From positions 9,486,001 through 9,547,956 of the forward strand of contig JAWMAR010000058.1 in NCBI GenBank assembly GCA_036785375.1: a stretch of DNA of 61,956 nt, given 5' to 3'. Positions 12,892 to 26,033 of the stretch are shown here, piece by piece (the stretch's first letter is position 1; each line of letters opens with the position of its first letter). Below the pieces are notes generated by a model. It did not search any database. It was not told the origin of the DNA and was given only the letters and a program-made list of their open reading frames with translations. The position numbers and the translations under genes are program-made. Source of the stretch: Leucoraja ocellata (taxonomy: Eukaryota).

Positions 12892-15253
12892 GTGACAAAA
12901 GCTTTTTTTCGCTTCCTCCTTTCTTTTCTTCTGTCTTCCTCTCCATTCCTTTCCCTCTGTATTCTCACTGTGGCTTTATTTTGCACATCCTGAACAATGA
13001 AGGGTTATGGCTGAGGCTGCTTGTGTGAGAACTTGCTTGGGATTATTAACTAGAGATGTTGGTTGGATCAATCATCTTGCTTTGCTTCTTGGTGATATCT
13101 GTCACAATGTTTTATGTTTGTAATAGACCTGCATGCTTTACTTAAATCCCTTATCTTTTGTGGCCCAAGGCCAAATTAAAGTTTTTTTGTACCTAGATGC
13201 AGTGAATGATGAGTAGCTCCTGCAGACTTCATCGCCTGTGATCCTAAGATGCTACATAAACCCAGCAGTTTATTTTTAACTCTCAAGGTTATCTGCATTA
13301 CAAGTCTGGTCTAGTCTAGTGGTAGCAGTTAATTTTCTTTCTGTGTGGCCTCATTTGATTGGTGTCATTGTGATCAAACTTGTCATTGCTAAGCAAAATC
13401 GAAAGGCACTTTCACATTCACCAATGGAATGGGTAGGTACTACTTCTATATCTTTGCCGGTGAGGTTATCAATCAGTCATTAGAGGTCGAGAGAGTGATT
13501 ATCACCCTGAATCTTTTTGTTAAATCTTTCTTCTGTTCTGATTATTAGGGCTGTGAGAGAGATGGAAAGTTTTTGAGGATATATTTCGTGTTCATATTCC
13601 TTTGAAAACAAAATAAGTTAATGACAATTCCTGGGGATCTAAATTAGGATTTAAATATCAAAAAGCACCACCTTGCACAACAGAAACCTCCAGCCTGAAA
13701 AAGGCAAGGTAGGCGAGGTGTAGGGAAATACATAATAATATAGGGGCGAGCTAGTTGTGCATCATTGGTAAGGTGCACAGCGCAATATGTGCCAGGTGCT
13801 GAGTTAATTTGTGTTCCTTTTGGGAAAGGTTAAAAGCAATTTTATGGATAAACTGAAGTTAATATCTTTTAAATTTTACTTCCAAGCTGAAAGACTAAGA
13901 TTAGTTGAATTTATTTTATTAGGAATTTTAAATTTCTTGTGATATGTAATCCTATAGAATAATTCATAGTTTCTCTGTCATCATAATTCTCAGTTTCCAA
14001 GAAAACTGCATGGGAAACATGAAACACTGATTCACTTAACAGTTGAAGTCTCCATTTATCAGATTTGTGGTGGTTGTGGGTCTGTGGACTTCCTGTTTTC
14101 AAAGACCATTATTTTCCTCCAATTCTGTGGTTTCAGCAAATAGGGATTTGACAGTCATGTTGTCAGTGTGTTGCAGATAATTTCAGAGATTTGAGGTTTG
14201 ACATCATTTGTATTGATTTACAAATGCTGCCTTCACTCCGTCAGAGTGACATAATCTCTTCAGCCATCTTTGTGTAAGGTATGACTCTGGTCAGTGGAGA
14301 GATTTTAACTTAATACTCAGTGACTTTAGTTTTGCCAGGGCTCTATAATGCTGGACTTTGTGAAATGCTGCCTTTACGTTAAGGGAACTAATTGTCACCT
14401 AACTTGGAGCTCAGCTTTGTTCAAATATGGCCCAAGACTGAAAAAGTCTGCTTCAGCTGCAAAGCCCAATCAGATGATCAGTGAACATGTTATTGACTAA
14501 GTATCTCTTGTTAGCGCAGTTGTCGGCATCTTCCATTATTCTGATTCAGACCAGCAAAATATTTGATTGATTTGACTTTTATTCACAGGACATACTTTTG
14601 AAAATTTCCACAGGCTTGAATATTATTGGTTCCATGACTGCTATGTTCAGAGTTCTCAGCGATTTCTTGACATCATATTGAATTGGTGAAGGCTGGCTTC
14701 TGTGATGAAAGCTGAGATAGAGCATTGTTGTAGTTGTTGATATAGCAGAAAAAGAGTTGGGGAATAGGGCCAGTGTACGCCTGAAACAAATGTATTTGAT
14801 GTAACCAGCAGAAAGGCAGATTTAGCTGGGGCCCATGCGAGTGCCCATGGCTGCACCTTTAACTTGGAAAAAAGTGAAAGGAGTCAAAGAGAAATTCACT
14901 TTAAAAATCTTTGTCTTTGTTTTCAAATAGCTCAATGATCTCACTGCTTCTTTCATTTATAACCTCCTTTAGTCCAGCAAATTTCTGAATGCTGCATTCT
15001 TTTCTCTTGATCCAATCTAGTTTCAGTTTCCCCATTGGTATCGGTGATTTCAGTTGTAATTCTGCATCTCCCTCCCTAAATATGTTAGTTTCTTCTCATG
15101 CTCCATGATACTTTCTAAAATCTGTCCCTACTCGGCATTATCACTTTATAACTTTATCACTTTATAATCGATGCCCTGAGACAAAATTGTTTTTTTGGTC
15201 AAAATCTCCTGTTACAAAGCCATGGGATTTTTTTGCTGTTAAACATTATGCAG

Positions 15254-15547
15254 TTTAGTTTAGAGATATAGCGCAGAGATATTCAGCCCATCAAATCCAC
15301 GCCGACCAGTGAGCCCCACACGCTAACACTATCCCACACACACACACACACTAGAAACAATTCACAATTATACTAAGCCAATTAGCCTGCCAACCTGTAT
15401 GTCTTTGATGTGTGGGAGGAATCCCGGAGATCCCAGAGAAAACCCACGCAGGTCACGGGTGAACGTACAAACTCCGTACAGACAAGCACCCATAATCGGG
15501 ATCAAACCCGGGTGTCTGGCGCTGTATGGCAGCAACTCTACCGCTGT
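15254..15547 (-). mobile_element. tRNA-derived SINE (HE1/V-SINE-like), near full length
   Basis: On the - strand: tRNA-like head with B box (GGGTTTGATCCC), central GGAGTTTGTACGTTC..GTGACCTGCGTGGGTTTTCTC domain and (TAAAC)n tail. Confidence 0.85.
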
Positions 15548-15754
15548 TGTTACAATGCTGAATTTGTGTCAGCAATATGAAGGAATTGGGTAAATACGGA
15601 AGGGGAATGCAACTAGCATGGAGTAGTTGAATGCTGACCTGGATACTGCCCACTTTGTTTTAAAGTTTCTATGACCAAGTGTTAAATTGCTAACCACGGA
15701 ATAGGTTTTCAAATAGAAACAGACTATTCATGCTGGGTTAACTTTGTTGGATGG

Positions 15755-15845
15755 TAGACAGAAATGCTGGAGAAACTCAGTGGGTGAGGCAGCATCTATG
15801 GAGCGAAGGAAATAGGCAATGTTTCGGTTCGAAACCCTTCTTCAC
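15755..15845 (-). repeat. Penelope-associated short repeat with a hammerhead-like motif (5'-clipped)
   Basis: - strand reads TGAAGAAGGGTTTCGAACCGAAACATTGCC...GATGCTGCC...CTGAGTTTCTCCAGCA. Confidence 0.75.
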
Positions 15846-17472
15846 TTTGTTGGGTTTGTTTATTTGTATTTTCAAATAGCTCATCTTTAGCTATTGACAG
15901 CATCTTGGCAGGATTTTGAAGAAGTCCAGTGTGTATTTTTACTGAGCTGCATACTGTTAATGCATTGTGCTGAGCACATAGCAGTAATCCAGTTTATATT
16001 CAATATCTATTTTACAGAATGAATTAGTGTGCATGAAAGGCCCTCGTTTGGTTTCCGGTTAAATTTAACTATAGCCTGAGACCTAAGACTTAGCACCACC
16101 CCAGCAACCCGCAGCTTGCTTCACTTAAGCTCAAGGCAGACAAACAACCTTATTTGTCCTTGATATCTCCTTTGTAGCCAATTTCCACACTTCACTCAGC
16201 CCAGTGACAGGAAAACCAATAAAAATGCGAGGCACTATTGCTGGATGTTACTGCCCTGATTAAGCCAAATAATTCAGCAAATATTAATAGTCTTTTTCCT
16301 GCGACTTTTCAAGCATACGGCCCAAATTAAGCTACCAATGTATTGGAGATTTGTCCTCATCCTTCTGGTAAATTTGATGCTGGGCTGTATGATCACAGCA
16401 TTATTTAGTTTCCGTCTGCATTCTCTCCAGCAGCCATTGCTTGAATGTTTACAGCAAAGCTTGCGCAGTGCTGCTCTCTACTCTGTTGGCTGCATTTCAA
16501 GATTGACTAGTATGCATTGATGGCAGTGGCTGCAGTGCACTTCAGTCATTTTCACAGGGATGCCAACACACTGCATGACATTACATGTGTTAATCATTAA
16601 CTTTTAGTATAGTGAAGTTTTAAAACGTTCTTACTTGGGTAGAATATGATTGTTCCATGTGGCATGAGATTGCTCAGACTCATTTTGGCAGAGAGACAAA
16701 ATCAGCACAAGGGGAGGGTTTTGGCAGCCATGTTGTATCTCAGTTTGAAGCTTTTCAGTCCAGCTGAGAGAAATGAGCTTTAATTGAACATTGCTGTCCA
16801 GAGGGAACAAGATCTAAATGAACCAGCTGCTTCTAGAATCACATATTTTTTTAATCTACTGTAATTGTCCAGTGTTAACTTCATTCATGGGAATATATTT
16901 TGATGAATCGCTCCTTTACGTAACTGCAAAATGGCAACAGCTGGATTATATGTCCTGCCGAATGTAACTTAAAGAAGGCAGGTTTTATTGAATATTCTTC
17001 ACACTTGCTGTCAGAACAGACTGGTCCATGATGTTTCTGCCAACTTTACCTTCTTGATATGCATGGCTGCAATTTGTTGTGTTAAATTATCAGCAGTGTG
17101 TCTTTTGGGCAAATGTAAAAGAAAGGCGGTTTGCTGGTTAAACTACAGTAAATTAAATTAAGTTGATTTTAAGCCAGCTGTCTTTGGTTTTAATATCTAG
17201 AATATGTATTTTTCCAACACCAGATGTTTGTTGCCAACATTCATCAATATATGCCTAATCTAATACATTAAGGATCTAACATGATATTTAGAAATTTGCC
17301 ACACCTATGCACATCATACATATATCTGAAAATGTGTTCAACAACCAGCTGATGATTTAGCTCAATGGGTATTAGGTGGCCATAGTTCTTTTGTCACAAG
17401 GGAGAGGGAAAAGCAACAAGTTGATAATCAGGAATGTAAAATGGGGTGTTCCTGATGCAGCATTTTCACCTA

Positions 17473-17656
17473 NNNNNNNNNNNNNNNNNNNNNNNNNNNN
17501 NNNNNNNNNNNNNNNNNNNNNNNNNNNNNNNNNNNNNNNNNNNNNNNNNNNNNNNNNNNNNNNNNNNNNNNNNNNNNNNNNNNNNNNNNNNNNNNNNNNN
17601 NNNNNNNNNNNNNNNNNNNNNNNNNNNNNNNNNNNNNNNNNNNNNNNNNNNNNNNN
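17473..17656. other. Assembly gap (184 N)
   Basis: Run of N; its right edge falls inside a short-repeat copy (17657-17733). Confidence 1.
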
Positions 17657-17844
17657 GGAGTAACTCAGCGGGTCAGGCAGCATCCCTAGAGAATATGGAT
17701 AGATAATGTTTCAGGTCGGAACCCTGCCTCAGACAATTACTAATGTTGAAGAAGGAGGGACCATAAAGATGACATCAATATGCCACCTTGTATGGAATAA
17801 AAGTTTACTTGTATTGATAAAAGTCTCCCCCCCCCCCCATCACA

Positions 17845-18110
17845 GTTGGGCATCCATCGATCACGCTTTCACGCTAGTTCTATGTTATCTCACTTTTACA
17901 TCCACTCGCGATTTACTCGGGGCAATTTACAGCAACCAATTATCCTACAATTGGTCTTTGAGATGTGGGAGGAAACCAGAGCAGCTGGAGGAAACCCATG
18001 TGGTCACAAGGAGAACCCACAAACTGCACACAGGCAGCGCCCAGGTCAGGATTGAACCTGGGTGTCTGACACTGAGGCAGCCGCTCTACCCACTATACCA
18101 CTGTGCTGCC
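17845..18110 (-). mobile_element. tRNA-derived SINE (HE1/V-SINE-like), diverged
   Basis: Similar to 15254-15547 (GGAGGAAACC..GAAACCCATGTGGTCAC..GGATTGAACCTGGG). Confidence 0.75.
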
Positions 18111-18909
18111 CTATTCTTTGTTTACAGAAATTCTATCTTTTGTAAATGTTTAATTTAATCATGATGGCTTGTTGTTGAATCTTGTCCTCTCCCTGCTCCC
18201 AGGCCATATTTAACTTGTTTGCCGATTTAATTATCCTCAAATGTTCCTCATTCAAGGTTAAAGAGCTCATTACGCCAAACTTTGTTCATTACTCGTTTAT
18301 TTGATACCAGAAATAAACATGATGGCTTCTATCTGAACAATGCATGAATTGAAGCTTTCCCAAGCATGTTACTGTTTGAAACTGAATCATGATTGAGGTG
18401 TGCTGTGGCTTGATAAGGACGCTTGTACATTATTAGCATGGCTGCAAATGTATACCAAACAGATCTATTGATAATCTAAATAAGTATTATTTGACACAGA
18501 GGGAGTGGTATTTGATAATAACTGCATAATTAATAAAATATTGCTACAGGTTGAGCTATTCAGAGGACAGAATGCTCCTTTAATGTGTTTGGGTTACAAA
18601 CACTGACATTCATGTGTGGTGGAAGAATCAGTGTAATAATGTATTTCTATGAAAGGTGGTTGTCCTGGTGGTGCCATTTTTCTCATAAGGGCATTTTTTT
18701 GGAATACTAATCTACCAGCAATGGTGGTTGCATTCACCCGAAGCTGTGTGCACTTTTGTCGAGCAATTGTTATTGGCGTTCACTAATTGTTTAGATTTCC
18801 AAACAGTTGGGTGAAAATATAAATACTTTTGAGAGTAAGCTCAGTGATAACTTGGTTTAGTATTGTGACAGTGATATATGTAAATTGGACTACCGTTTGT
18901 GTTTTACAG

Positions 18910-21831
18910 ATTTAAACCACAGTGGTTTGGGATCGCATTATGAAAATTCTCACTGGGGACCTGTATCTATCAACAGCGATTCTACTACAAATTGGGATAA
19001 AGTTATTGTAGACGGGTCCGACAAAGAAGCCTGGCCTTCAATCACTGGCAGTGACCCAGAGTTAGCTTCAGAATGTATGGACATTGAATCTGCTTCAAGC
19101 TCTGGGTCAGAGAAGAACCTCCGTACTATGGCTTCAGGGAGCACAGTTAGTGATGGCGATGGAAACAGAACGGGCAGTGGAAATGGTTCTTCAAGTCAGT
19201 TTGTGGTTGGAAATGTCAGCAATAATGTAGGAAATGGTAGTATTAATGGGCCTTGGGGTGGATCTCGAGGCTCTATATCAAGCACATGTCAGGGTTCTGC
19301 AGAAAACGTGGATGGCAAACCAGAAAGCAGCCATGGTCAACTGAATGCATGGGGCAGTATTGTTTCCACGTCCAATGGTTCATTGAAGCAGAATGGTTTG
19401 AATCCAAATACCAACCTAGGTGCCTGGCCTTTGTTGGAAAACGATGGAAATACTGTGCAAGGACCTGTGCCAGGTAGCAATTCTGGCAGCAATGTTCAAC
19501 GTAGCACTGTAGGTCAAATGCTGAATAATCAGAGTGTTAACATTGGACTATCAGCTCCTAGTTCATGGGGAGGTCTGCAGGAGAATTCTGATGCAGAAGT
19601 GAATGGTACAAGGAAGGTTTCATTCAGTGGACAACCTCAAAACCTTAACACTGAAATGAATGGACCAAATAACACTACTAACCCATTGACCTCTAGCTTA
19701 CCAAACTCTACTAGTTCAATGCAGACAAATGAACTGCCTAAACATACAGGGCCTGGGGCCTGGGGTGCACCCTTAGGAATGAGCACAGTTAATCCATCTC
19801 AGCTTCAGGCCTCCTCAGTAACAAATGGCACTTCAGTTTCTCAACTTGGCAATGGAAGAATCAGTGAGGGAATGAACAGTGGGTCTTATGGTACGACTTG
19901 GGGTACACCTGGCACTAACTACTCTGGAGAAAAATGTCCAGGCCCTAGCTGTAATTTGGGGCAAGCTAGTGGTGACACTGTGAATGCAACTCTAGCACAA
20001 TCGGCTACTAATGGCTCTGGAAGTACTGCTTACAAAAATAATGGTGGAAGCAATAGAGGAGGAGTAACATGGGAGTCTGGTGTGGTCAACTCCCATAATG
20101 TGACCTGGGGAGCAGGGAACAGTTTAGGCTCTGGAGGGACTCGCAAAGTCTGGGGAAACCCAGCACCAAATGCAAACACTGGCACTAAGATCTCAAATGG
20201 AGAATGGAACAAACTGCCTAACAATCAGCATTCCAGCAATGGTCTAAATGGAAGTAGTAATAGGAAGGGAACAAATGGGTGGAAAAGTCTAGATGATGCT
20301 CTTTGTGGTCAGGATCAAAATTCTGCATCTCAGCCAAGTGAACAGAACAATTTATGGGTTAAAACTTCAACATCATGTACTGCAGACAGTGAGGGGAGCA
20401 CAGAAAGTACAGGAAGTCGTCACGATAGAATGAGTGTAGGAAGCAGTGATGGCAATAACCGACGTGGTGAAAAGAGAAAGCCTGACCAACCAGTAATGGC
20501 TCAAAATAGCTTGAATAGATCAGACTTGGACCCTCGTGTCCTGTCCAATACAGGTTGGGGACAGACTCCAATTAAACAGAACACTGCCTGGGATATTGAA
20601 CCTTCAGCAAAGAGTGAAAGAAAAACTGACAATGGGACAGAGGCCTGGGGATGTTCTGTTTCCCAGGCTTCAAACTCAGGGGGATGGGGGGATGGGCCTC
20701 GCCCAAATAGTAATGATACCTCATCAGTATCCGGGTGGGGGGATCCAAAGCCTGCTACAGTCTCTTGCAACACGGGGTGGGGAGACACCAAAGGCTCAAG
20801 CAGCCAAGGGGGTTGGGAGAATAATTCTGCTGCTACAGGAACAGTAAAAAGCAATCAAACATGGGGAGGTAACAAAGAAGAAAAGTTAGCTGCGTGGAAT
20901 GATGCACAAAAGGTCAAACAGGGATGGTCTGATGGACAGAAATCAAGCCAGGGTTGGGGACTGTCTGCACCTGATGGGTGGGGAGAGAATTCTAGGAGTG
21001 GCCAGTGGGGGGAATTACAAAAGACTGGTGCAGGCAGTTGGGATAATGACAGTGAAAGGTCTGCGCCTGGTTGGAATGAACCTGGGAGACCAGGTGCAGG
21101 CCGAGGCACGTGGACAAGTAGCAACAATCCAGATTCTAATAATACTACAGGCTGGGGGGAGCCTGCCAAGGCTGCTCAGTCCCAAGGCTGGGGAGAGCTA
21201 GCCAATGCTGCTCAGTCCCCTCAGGGCTGGGGGGAGCCCTCTAAGGCTCCTCAGTCCTCCCACGGATGGGGGGAGACTTCCAAGCCTGCACAACCTCCCC
21301 AGGGCTGGTGCGAGCCTGCCAAGCCTGCACAACCTCCCCAGGGCTGGTGCGAGCCTGCCAAGCCTGCACCAGCTCCCCAGGGCTGGGGGGACCCCTCCAA
21401 GTCTGCTCAGTCCCCCCAAGACTGGAGGGAACCAACCAAGTCAAGTAATTCTGCAGACTGGCACAAGCCACAGGATGGTAACAGCCCTTGGGCCAATAAA
21501 CCACCTAGCCAGGGGTGGCATAATGGGCCGATGCCAGCACCATCAAAAGAGGAGGAACCTACAGGTTGGGAGGAACCTTCCCCAGAGTCTATTCGCCGCA
21601 AAATGGAAATCGATGATGGTACCGCTGCCTGGGGGGACCCAAGCAAGTACAACTACAAGAGTGTTAACATGTGGAACAAAAACATGCAGAGTAACAGCAA
21701 TGGCTCAGAGCAGCCAGCGCAAATCCTGTCCTCGCCAATGACATCGCAGCCCCCACCGCAGCACCAACAACAGCTGCCGCAGCAAATGCCACCACCAAGT
21801 GCCATTCAAAGCAAAGAGAGTAATGGCTCCG
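18910..21831 (+). CDS. TNRC6A: TNRC6A large exon (2922 nt, phase 1-1): GW/WG-rich Argonaute-binding domain
   Basis: 1014-aa ORF; acceptor gttttacag, donor G/gtaagt. Motifs [49 protein letters not shown] and [31 protein letters not shown]. Confidence 0.98.
21150..21461 (+). repeat. Coding minisatellite: about 8 units of 39 nt (13-aa GW repeat)
   Basis: GW(G/C)(E/D)PxKxxQxPQ units; 21281-21319 and 21320-21358 are identical. Confidence 0.9.
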
Positions 21832-23714
21832 GTAAGTTTTTCATCCAGACTTGCCGCTTCATAGATCTAGGATATAAGAAGGTGAAACTTGGATGTTTTG
21901 CTGGCTTTTATTTTGTATTTATATTCTAAAATCTAATTTGGTTAGATGCTGCATTCTATTTGGGTGCATGTCATGCCACTGCATTTTGTATACATTTATG
22001 TTTTTTTCTGTTCAGAAGTTATTAAGATTGATTTCCAATGTGGATGCATTCTTTCCACCTCTATATTTCTGGTGGAGAGCTTATATTTTAAGCTCTATTG
22101 ACAGCAATGGGAGTTTGGTGTTTTGGCTCGTTTTGCTTTCCCATAAATTTAACTGCAGCTTAGAAGTGTGTAGATAGACTTATTAATAGATTTTATATTA
22201 ACAACACTAATAATGCTAGTATCAGAAACTACATTTCAAATTTACTATAATTTCTAAGCCAAAAGTCAAAGCAGTTTTGCAATAACATGCATTTCCATGT
22301 TGGATATAACGCATTTGATGAATTAGGGAACACTAATAGTATTACATGGGGAAATTTGTTGTAACGTGATTATGATGAGGAATGAGAGAACCACTTAAAA
22401 GTTTCTTTGGAAATTAGCGAGCAGAAAAAATGTAGTCTCCCTGCAGTGGTCAGACACCATTGTCTCTTAAATACACAGCTACTACTTTAATCGCGGGACC
22501 AATTGAAATTGATAAGCATTCTTGAATTGAGACGTGCGATATTATTCTAATAAACAATGTAACATGCAGCCTTAAGTATTTTTAGCCTGTAGTAACAAAC
22601 ATGAAAGAGTTATTAAAAATACCTTTATTTTTGAAAATACTTTGGGGAGAAAAATAATGTTGTTATTGAGAGGCCAACTGTTATGCCCTTTGATTCCTTT
22701 TCCTCCCTAACCACTCAGTAGTTGAGACACATACCATGAAAAAATGTTACCACAATATTAAGTTTGTAACAAGGAACAAAGTAGTTGGTTTGATGTGCAT
22801 AGTTTCTATAGTCAGGCCTAGTCAAGCTTTAGCTTTTATCACGCCATTATCTGCAGCACTTGCAATAATTCATGTTTCACACATCATAGTTAGCAGCCGC
22901 TTGCATGATGTTTGGCTTTGATTTTGTTGGAACTTGAATGTGCTGTGAAGGTGAGAGTGAGGGGTTCTCCCAAAACATCACATTATACTTTGTCGACATC
23001 AGAAACATGGTATACTTGTGTACTGCCGTATGATCTTACTGAGTTGTATGCAAAACAAAGCATTTCACTGTACCTGGGTACACGTGACAATAAAGTGTAA
23101 TTGAATCGTGTACCAAGGGAGAAGTACTGAAACAAGATTAATTCTGGCTTATCTTAGTTCAGAGGAGCCTCTTGTATAAAGGTAGCTTTTGGGGACTGAA
23201 TAATAGAACGTCTGAGATCTTTACAGCAGTATTAAAGTCTCAATGTTCAAACAAACTCAGATTGACCAGAGCTAAATCTGTGGCCTGTCTTGAGTTAGCT
23301 GATGGCAAACCGCAATTTGCTTGAGTTGACGAGAGCTATCCTGGCTTCTTGCTCAGTACTCGCAACCCACTATTTTACAGGTAGGATGGTGCTACATTTT
23401 GGTACCAAAGCCATGTTTTTTGGGTCGTATTTGGAGAGTCCAATTTTAGAGGAGTGGAGTAGAAGACAGAAAAGCAGTATTTGTTGTGCTTCTAACGCTA
23501 CAATACATGCTTATGAATGGCACAGTACATTTGATATGTGGCACGTGCAGCTCATAACTTGAGGAATTATTATTTTTACGTGTAATAACGTTTAAACTAC
23601 ATAAATATCTCGGGCTAAATCAATGGGTAAATACTCCTTCATTTTTGCATTAAATTGGCTTGTGTGGACAAAGATATTAACTGGGGATTTTATTTTGTCT
23701 TTTATTAAATAAAG

Positions 23715-23921
23715 GCTGGGGCGAATCTTGCACTGTTCAGACAAAGCCAGATTCCTCTTGGGGAGAACCACCTGCTCTAACAGTGACGGTGGACAATGGA
23801 ACAGCAGCCTGGGGGCAGCCGATGGACACAGGAGCCAACTGGAGAGAGCCGGTTAATGACAGCCCTGGCACCTCTGGATGGGGCAACACCCCAGCTGCCC
23901 CACCACCTCCAAATAGACCTG
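23715..23921 (+). CDS. TNRC6A: TNRC6A exon (Ago-hook region), GWGES...TVDNGTAAWGQPMD...PNRP
   Basis: Acceptor taaag, donor G/gtaaag; 207 nt, phase 1-1; VDNGTxAWG motif. Confidence 0.93.
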
Positions 23922-25660
23922 GTAAAGCTTGACACTTCCTATCTTTATAGGGTTGTAAAGTTTAATAATGGATGCTATGCATTTGTGTAGTTGGGCTTTG
24001 GGGAATCGGGCTCTATTAATTTTTTTATTGCAAATGTTGTTTGATATTAGTTAAGTTTCAGTGTATACCTTTTGGTGCCTTTAACATCATTTTTACTGCC
24101 ATTTGCATAGATCAGTTCAACACGTCGCCGATATGCTTGCTAATGTACAAAATACCAATAATTGAGGTACACATATGGTTTATAAAAACAAAGCTGAAGT
24201 GCTATAGTAACTCAGCGGGTCAGGCATGTGACATGTGGAGACTTGTGGATTGTGACCCCTACAGTTCTTTGTTTAATCTTTCTACGTTGTGGTCTAGAAC
24301 CAACAAACCAGTCCATTTCATTGCTAATCAACCAAATTTAGTTAATATTCCAATTGAATATGAATATTTATTAAAAAATCGTTAGTTCTACATAGACCTG
24401 AAAAGAGAAAAAAAGTAAACTTTTCCAGACTTGGAGCGGGAGCCCTTTGTGCAGTAAGGCAGAGATTGCCTAAAATTTAAAAGCACAAAATGCTCAAAAC
24501 ACTTAGCAGTTAAGGCAACATCTTTGGCGTGATAAACTGAGTTTACATTTCAAGTTCATCTTCAGAACTGGTTTAGTCCTTGCAAAGGGTTAACTTTGTT
24601 TTTCTTTACTGCTGGATTTTCTGAGTGTTTCCAGCATTTCCAGCATCTATCCCTTTTTGTAACTTTGTCTACAATTGAAAGGCAAATTTGCTAATGGGTA
24701 AAATCACGATAAACCATTTGAATTTGTTTATAAAATAACACTGTTAAATAGAACCAGCGTTTACCCTTAAGGAGCAAGTACTATAGTTGCCAAAATAAAG
24801 ACATAAACATCCAAAGAGGTTAACATAAGATTTTTTTTTTTAAATGTGAAGTCTAGAACTCCTTACTACAGTACAGAGCAGCTAGGGCTTTGCAGGATAA
24901 ACTTGATACCTCTTTAATACTGGTCTTCTGGATTAAAAAGGCTAGCAATCCATCCAAAGTATTAAAAGTATAATAACAGGTAGCTTCTGATAAGGATGCA
25001 CAGGAACTTGATGCAAATTAATATCTCTGTAGCAACTCCATTGAAGAGATGGGGGTTGTGTTCACCTCTTGCATCCTTTGGTCAATAGCCAACTCTTGAG
25101 TCTTGTTTATTTTTAGGGATAAATTGTTGTCCTGATACCATGACATGAGGTTCTCGATCTCTTTCCTGTACTCTGTCTCATCATTGCTATAGTCACCGCC
25201 ATAATGAACAAGGCATCACTGTTTGCTGCCACAAGAGAGTTTACAATAGAGTATAATTCATTCACTGCCACTTTGGTCTTGAGAAATGTATATAGACTGT
25301 CGACTCAATGGTCAAGGTGAATTCCCTCGGTAGATTAAAAGGACTGCCTTTTATGAACGGGCATTTCACATCTGGGGAGAAGAATTGAGCTAAGACCATC
25401 ACATCCTTTCACTTTAAAGCATTGACTGCTGCACTGTATTTCCTCTTGTCTGGGGATTCTATACAGTACATACAATAAATGGAGAAACCTTCAATTCTAC
25501 AGCAAGAATAGGTGAGGCTGGGCTGAACCATGTTTCAATGAAACAAAGATTACAGCAGTCCCAGGTCTCCATTTGAAACAGCAGCTATGCTCTGAGCTCT
25601 TCAAGCATTTTCTCAAGTGATTGAACGTTAGCTAGAGTGGCTAAGTCAGGATCCCCATTA

Positions 25661-26033
25661 ACTTACAAAATTCTTAAAGGGTTGGACAGGCTAGATGCAG
25701 GAAGATTGTTCCCGATGTTGGGGAAGTCCAGGACAAGGGGTCAAAGTTTAAGGATAAAGGGGAAATCCTTTAGGACCGAGATGAGAAAAACATTCTTCAC
25801 ACAGAGTGGTGAATCTGAGGAACTCCCTGCCACAGAGGGTAGTTGAGGCCAGTTCATTGGCTATATTTAAGAGGGAGTTAGATGTGGCCCTTGTGGCTAA
25901 AGGGATCAGGGGGTATGGAGAGAGGGCAGATACAGGATACTGAGTTGGATGATCAGCCATGATCATATTGAATGGCGGTGCAGGCTCGAAGGGCCGAATG
26001 GCCTACTCCTGCACCTATTTTCTATGTTTCTAT
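25661..26033 (+). mobile_element. Young CR1-like LINE 3' fragment
   Basis: YKILKGLDRLDAGRLFP..RTRGQSLRIKG..RTEMRKTFFTQ is a CR1 ORF2 C-terminus; ends in the TTCTATGT repeat. Confidence 0.9.

Noticed and set aside
15480-15547. tRNA gene
   Set aside because: The A/B-box-like sequence is the head of a SINE and continues into the SINE core; no cloverleaf is evident.
17372-17706. ORFs containing runs of X
   Set aside because: Artefacts of translating through the N gap.
21198-21741. Alternative-frame and antisense repetitive ORFs ([25 protein letters not shown])
   Set aside because: Shadows of the GC-rich 39-nt coding repeat.
18885-21929. The 1014-aa ORF as a standalone single-exon gene
   Set aside because: Its ends (MDYRLCFT and KFFIQ...) are intronic read-through; splice sites define the exon as 18910-21831.
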